DNA of 32,000 nt. Origin: Wallemia ichthyophaga EXF-994 (Eukaryota > Fungi > Basidiomycota). Below the pieces are notes generated by a model. The model was given only the letters and a program-made list of their open reading frames with translations, was not told the DNA's origin and ran no database searches. Below, piece after piece: positions 30,242 to 32,000 of the stretch (positions are counted from its first letter, which is position 1; each line of letters begins with the position of its first letter). The stretch lies in NCBI RefSeq assembly GCF_000400465.1, contig NW_008806275.1, positions 60,001 through 92,000 of the forward strand, written 5' to 3'. The position numbers and the translations under genes were made by a program.

Positions 30242-32000
30242 ATGCCTGAAATCAAGTACACGCAGCTCGGCTCCAGCCTCGTGAATCTGCCGCCATCCAT
30301 CTACTCCCAGCTGGTCGCCAAAGGCAGCGTGCGTTCGATTCCCGCTGCGTCCATATCTCATATGACCTCAGCGACCACAATCTCTCGCTGTTATCATCAG
30401 ACACGGCGACCGCGAGTACTACCTGGGCTGGTCTGGCATGGCCTCATCGATAGCCACGCTCGCCATCGAAGACTTTGTCGAGATTGATCCCGTCGTTGCG
30501 GCTGCCTATCGACTCGACCACGGCGCAAACGTGGGTAGCCACCCAGCAACCACCACACTCTCACCCAGCGCACAAAGGTATCCGTCTCGCTCCATTCCTC
30601 GCTCCCCACTGCCAAGTCGGTGAATGTGGTACCCGATACGCCCGACGACTGGGAGTTGCTCGAGGCGCACGCCGAGTATGTCGAGCAGAATCTTCTTTCC
30701 CAAGTGCGTTTGGCCTCCACGCATCAGCCAATGGTCGTCTACCTTCCCTCCAAGTCCAGCATGACCTTTCGCGTCGAAGCCACAGACCCTGCCACCTCTT
30801 TCTCCTCTCTTTCCCCCCAAGCCACTCCCGCGGTGCGCCTTGACCGCGACACCGACGTTGCTTTCGCTCCCAAACTGCGCAGGCCCCCGCCTAGCAGCAG
30901 TGCCTCTTCCACTATCCGCCCCACTCCCACTCCCGTCGTGCACAGCCAAGATGATCAGGCTGTGCAACAGCTCGCGCGCGTCATACCAGCGCGGGTATAT
31001 CCACGCACTGAGCCCGGCCTCGCCCACGCCCATCCTGCCTTGGTCCACCGTCTTTGTGGACAGGAGAACGATAGCGCGACGGTGACTCTCACCCGCCTCA
31101 AGTCCCCGCTCACGCGCTACAACGACAAGAGAAAGCAAGGCGGTATGGAAGTGGAGCCAGCTGGGCTGACGTTGGGAATGGGCGGTGCCGCTGCGTTGAA
31201 GAATGCCACTAGCAAGCCCGTCGCAAGCGAGCAAGAGCGGGAACTTGCTCTTACACTCACACTCTCGCTCGTAGCAGATGATACCCTCGTCGATGGTCAT
31301 GTCGCCCTCCCGCTCGGCTCTCACCAACGCCTCCAGTTGAAACAGTACGAATTAGTATCGTGCTCCCTCTCAAACTCTCACTCAAACTCTCAAATTCTAT
31401 ACCACGACTACGATATACTCGCTCCACTTTTTAGTACTGCTGACGACGATATCCTCCCTGGGCACCACGCTCTGGTTGAAGAGGCTGCTGATTATCTCAT
31501 CAGCTCTATCGGCATGTCCCTGTCGAAACTGAAAGTGGAATTAAAGGATGGGTATCCAGGTGATCACTCTCACTCGCGCTCTTTAGGTCTGCTAATTACT
31601 GGTGGATCCAGCACAGGCAAGACGACGCTAGCCAAGACAATAGCTTATCACATAAGCCAAGATGTACGGATATTCGCCCACAGCCTCTATGAGGATGTAT
31701 CGGGGTGGGTGCAAGAGAAAGCTTCGACTATAGACGATAAGCTGCGGCTGCTACTCGAGGAAGCTCACTGGAGTGCTCCCACCGTCATCATACTCGACGG
31801 TCTCGATGTTTTGCTAACCCCGGAAAGTGAAACAGACCAGAACACAACCCAGTCTGGCAGACAGCGCACACTCGCTGACCTCTTCGCTCGCCTCTTCTCA
31901 CCTTGCAACCGCAATCTGCCGCAGGGCGTGGTTGTGGTGGGTGTGGCCAGTGGTTCCCTCCACTCCGCCGTTAATACCTCGCGTGTGTTTGGGAAGGAGA
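30242..32000 (+). CDS. PEX1: Peroxisomal AAA ATPase Pex1, 5' partial gene (runs off the window); exons 30242-30328, 30372-30530, 30578->32000
   Basis: SSLVNLPPSIY, RPQSLAV, YLGWSGMAS, EIDP and DDWELLEAHAEYVEQNLLSQVR N-domain motifs. D1 Walker A GGSSTGKT and Walker B IILDGLD. The frame is open from 30578 to the window end. Confidence 0.92.

Noticed and set aside
30506-31327. 273-aa antisense ORF over PEX1, and similar antisense ORFs over ARC40, ORC1, TRS85 and ACL1
   Set aside because: Typical shadow frames of GC-richer, codon-biased coding sequence with no protein-like motifs.
1-32000. Prokaryotic-type systems, transposons, tRNA/rRNA or a biosynthetic gene cluster
   Set aside because: I saw no repeat-spacer arrays, transposase/RT/integrase motifs, cloverleafs or functionally linked enzyme sets. 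The genes are unrelated eukaryotic housekeeping functions.

Overview
Eukaryotic, very gene-dense fungal genomic DNA. The spliceosomal introns are short (about 40, almost all 42-60 nt), several intergenic gaps are only 80-200 bp, and ATP-citrate lyase is single-chain. These point to a compact basidiomycete; a Wallemia-like genome is my inference and is not confirmed. Manual splicing gives 16 protein-coding genes: HIU hydrolase, MKK1-type MAPKK, a stand-alone RRM protein, a YPR011C-type mitochondrial carrier, RSM23/mS29, ARC40, a 4-TM protein, a 94-aa mitochondrial acidic peptide, an MCR1-like reductase, a Pcl5/Pas1-like cyclin, ORC1, TRS85, PMC1, a possible Nse5, a Cys-rich orphan and ACL1. The 5' part of PEX1 runs off the window end. 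The RRM gene, the 94-aa gene and the PEX1 frame are essentially invisible in the ORF track. I found no mobile elements, CRISPR arrays, tRNA or rRNA. The strongest oddity is in splicing architecture. A 101-nt intron resolves into two abutting canonical introns (53+48 nt, zero-length exon), a similar composite intron pair sits in the ACL1 5' leader, and an intron contains a 9-nt-period array of splice-signal words. Other leads are an ORF-UGA-hairpin-ORF element upstream of PMC1 and paired calcineurin docking motifs on Pmc1. All gene models were spliced by eye and need RNA-seq confirmation.
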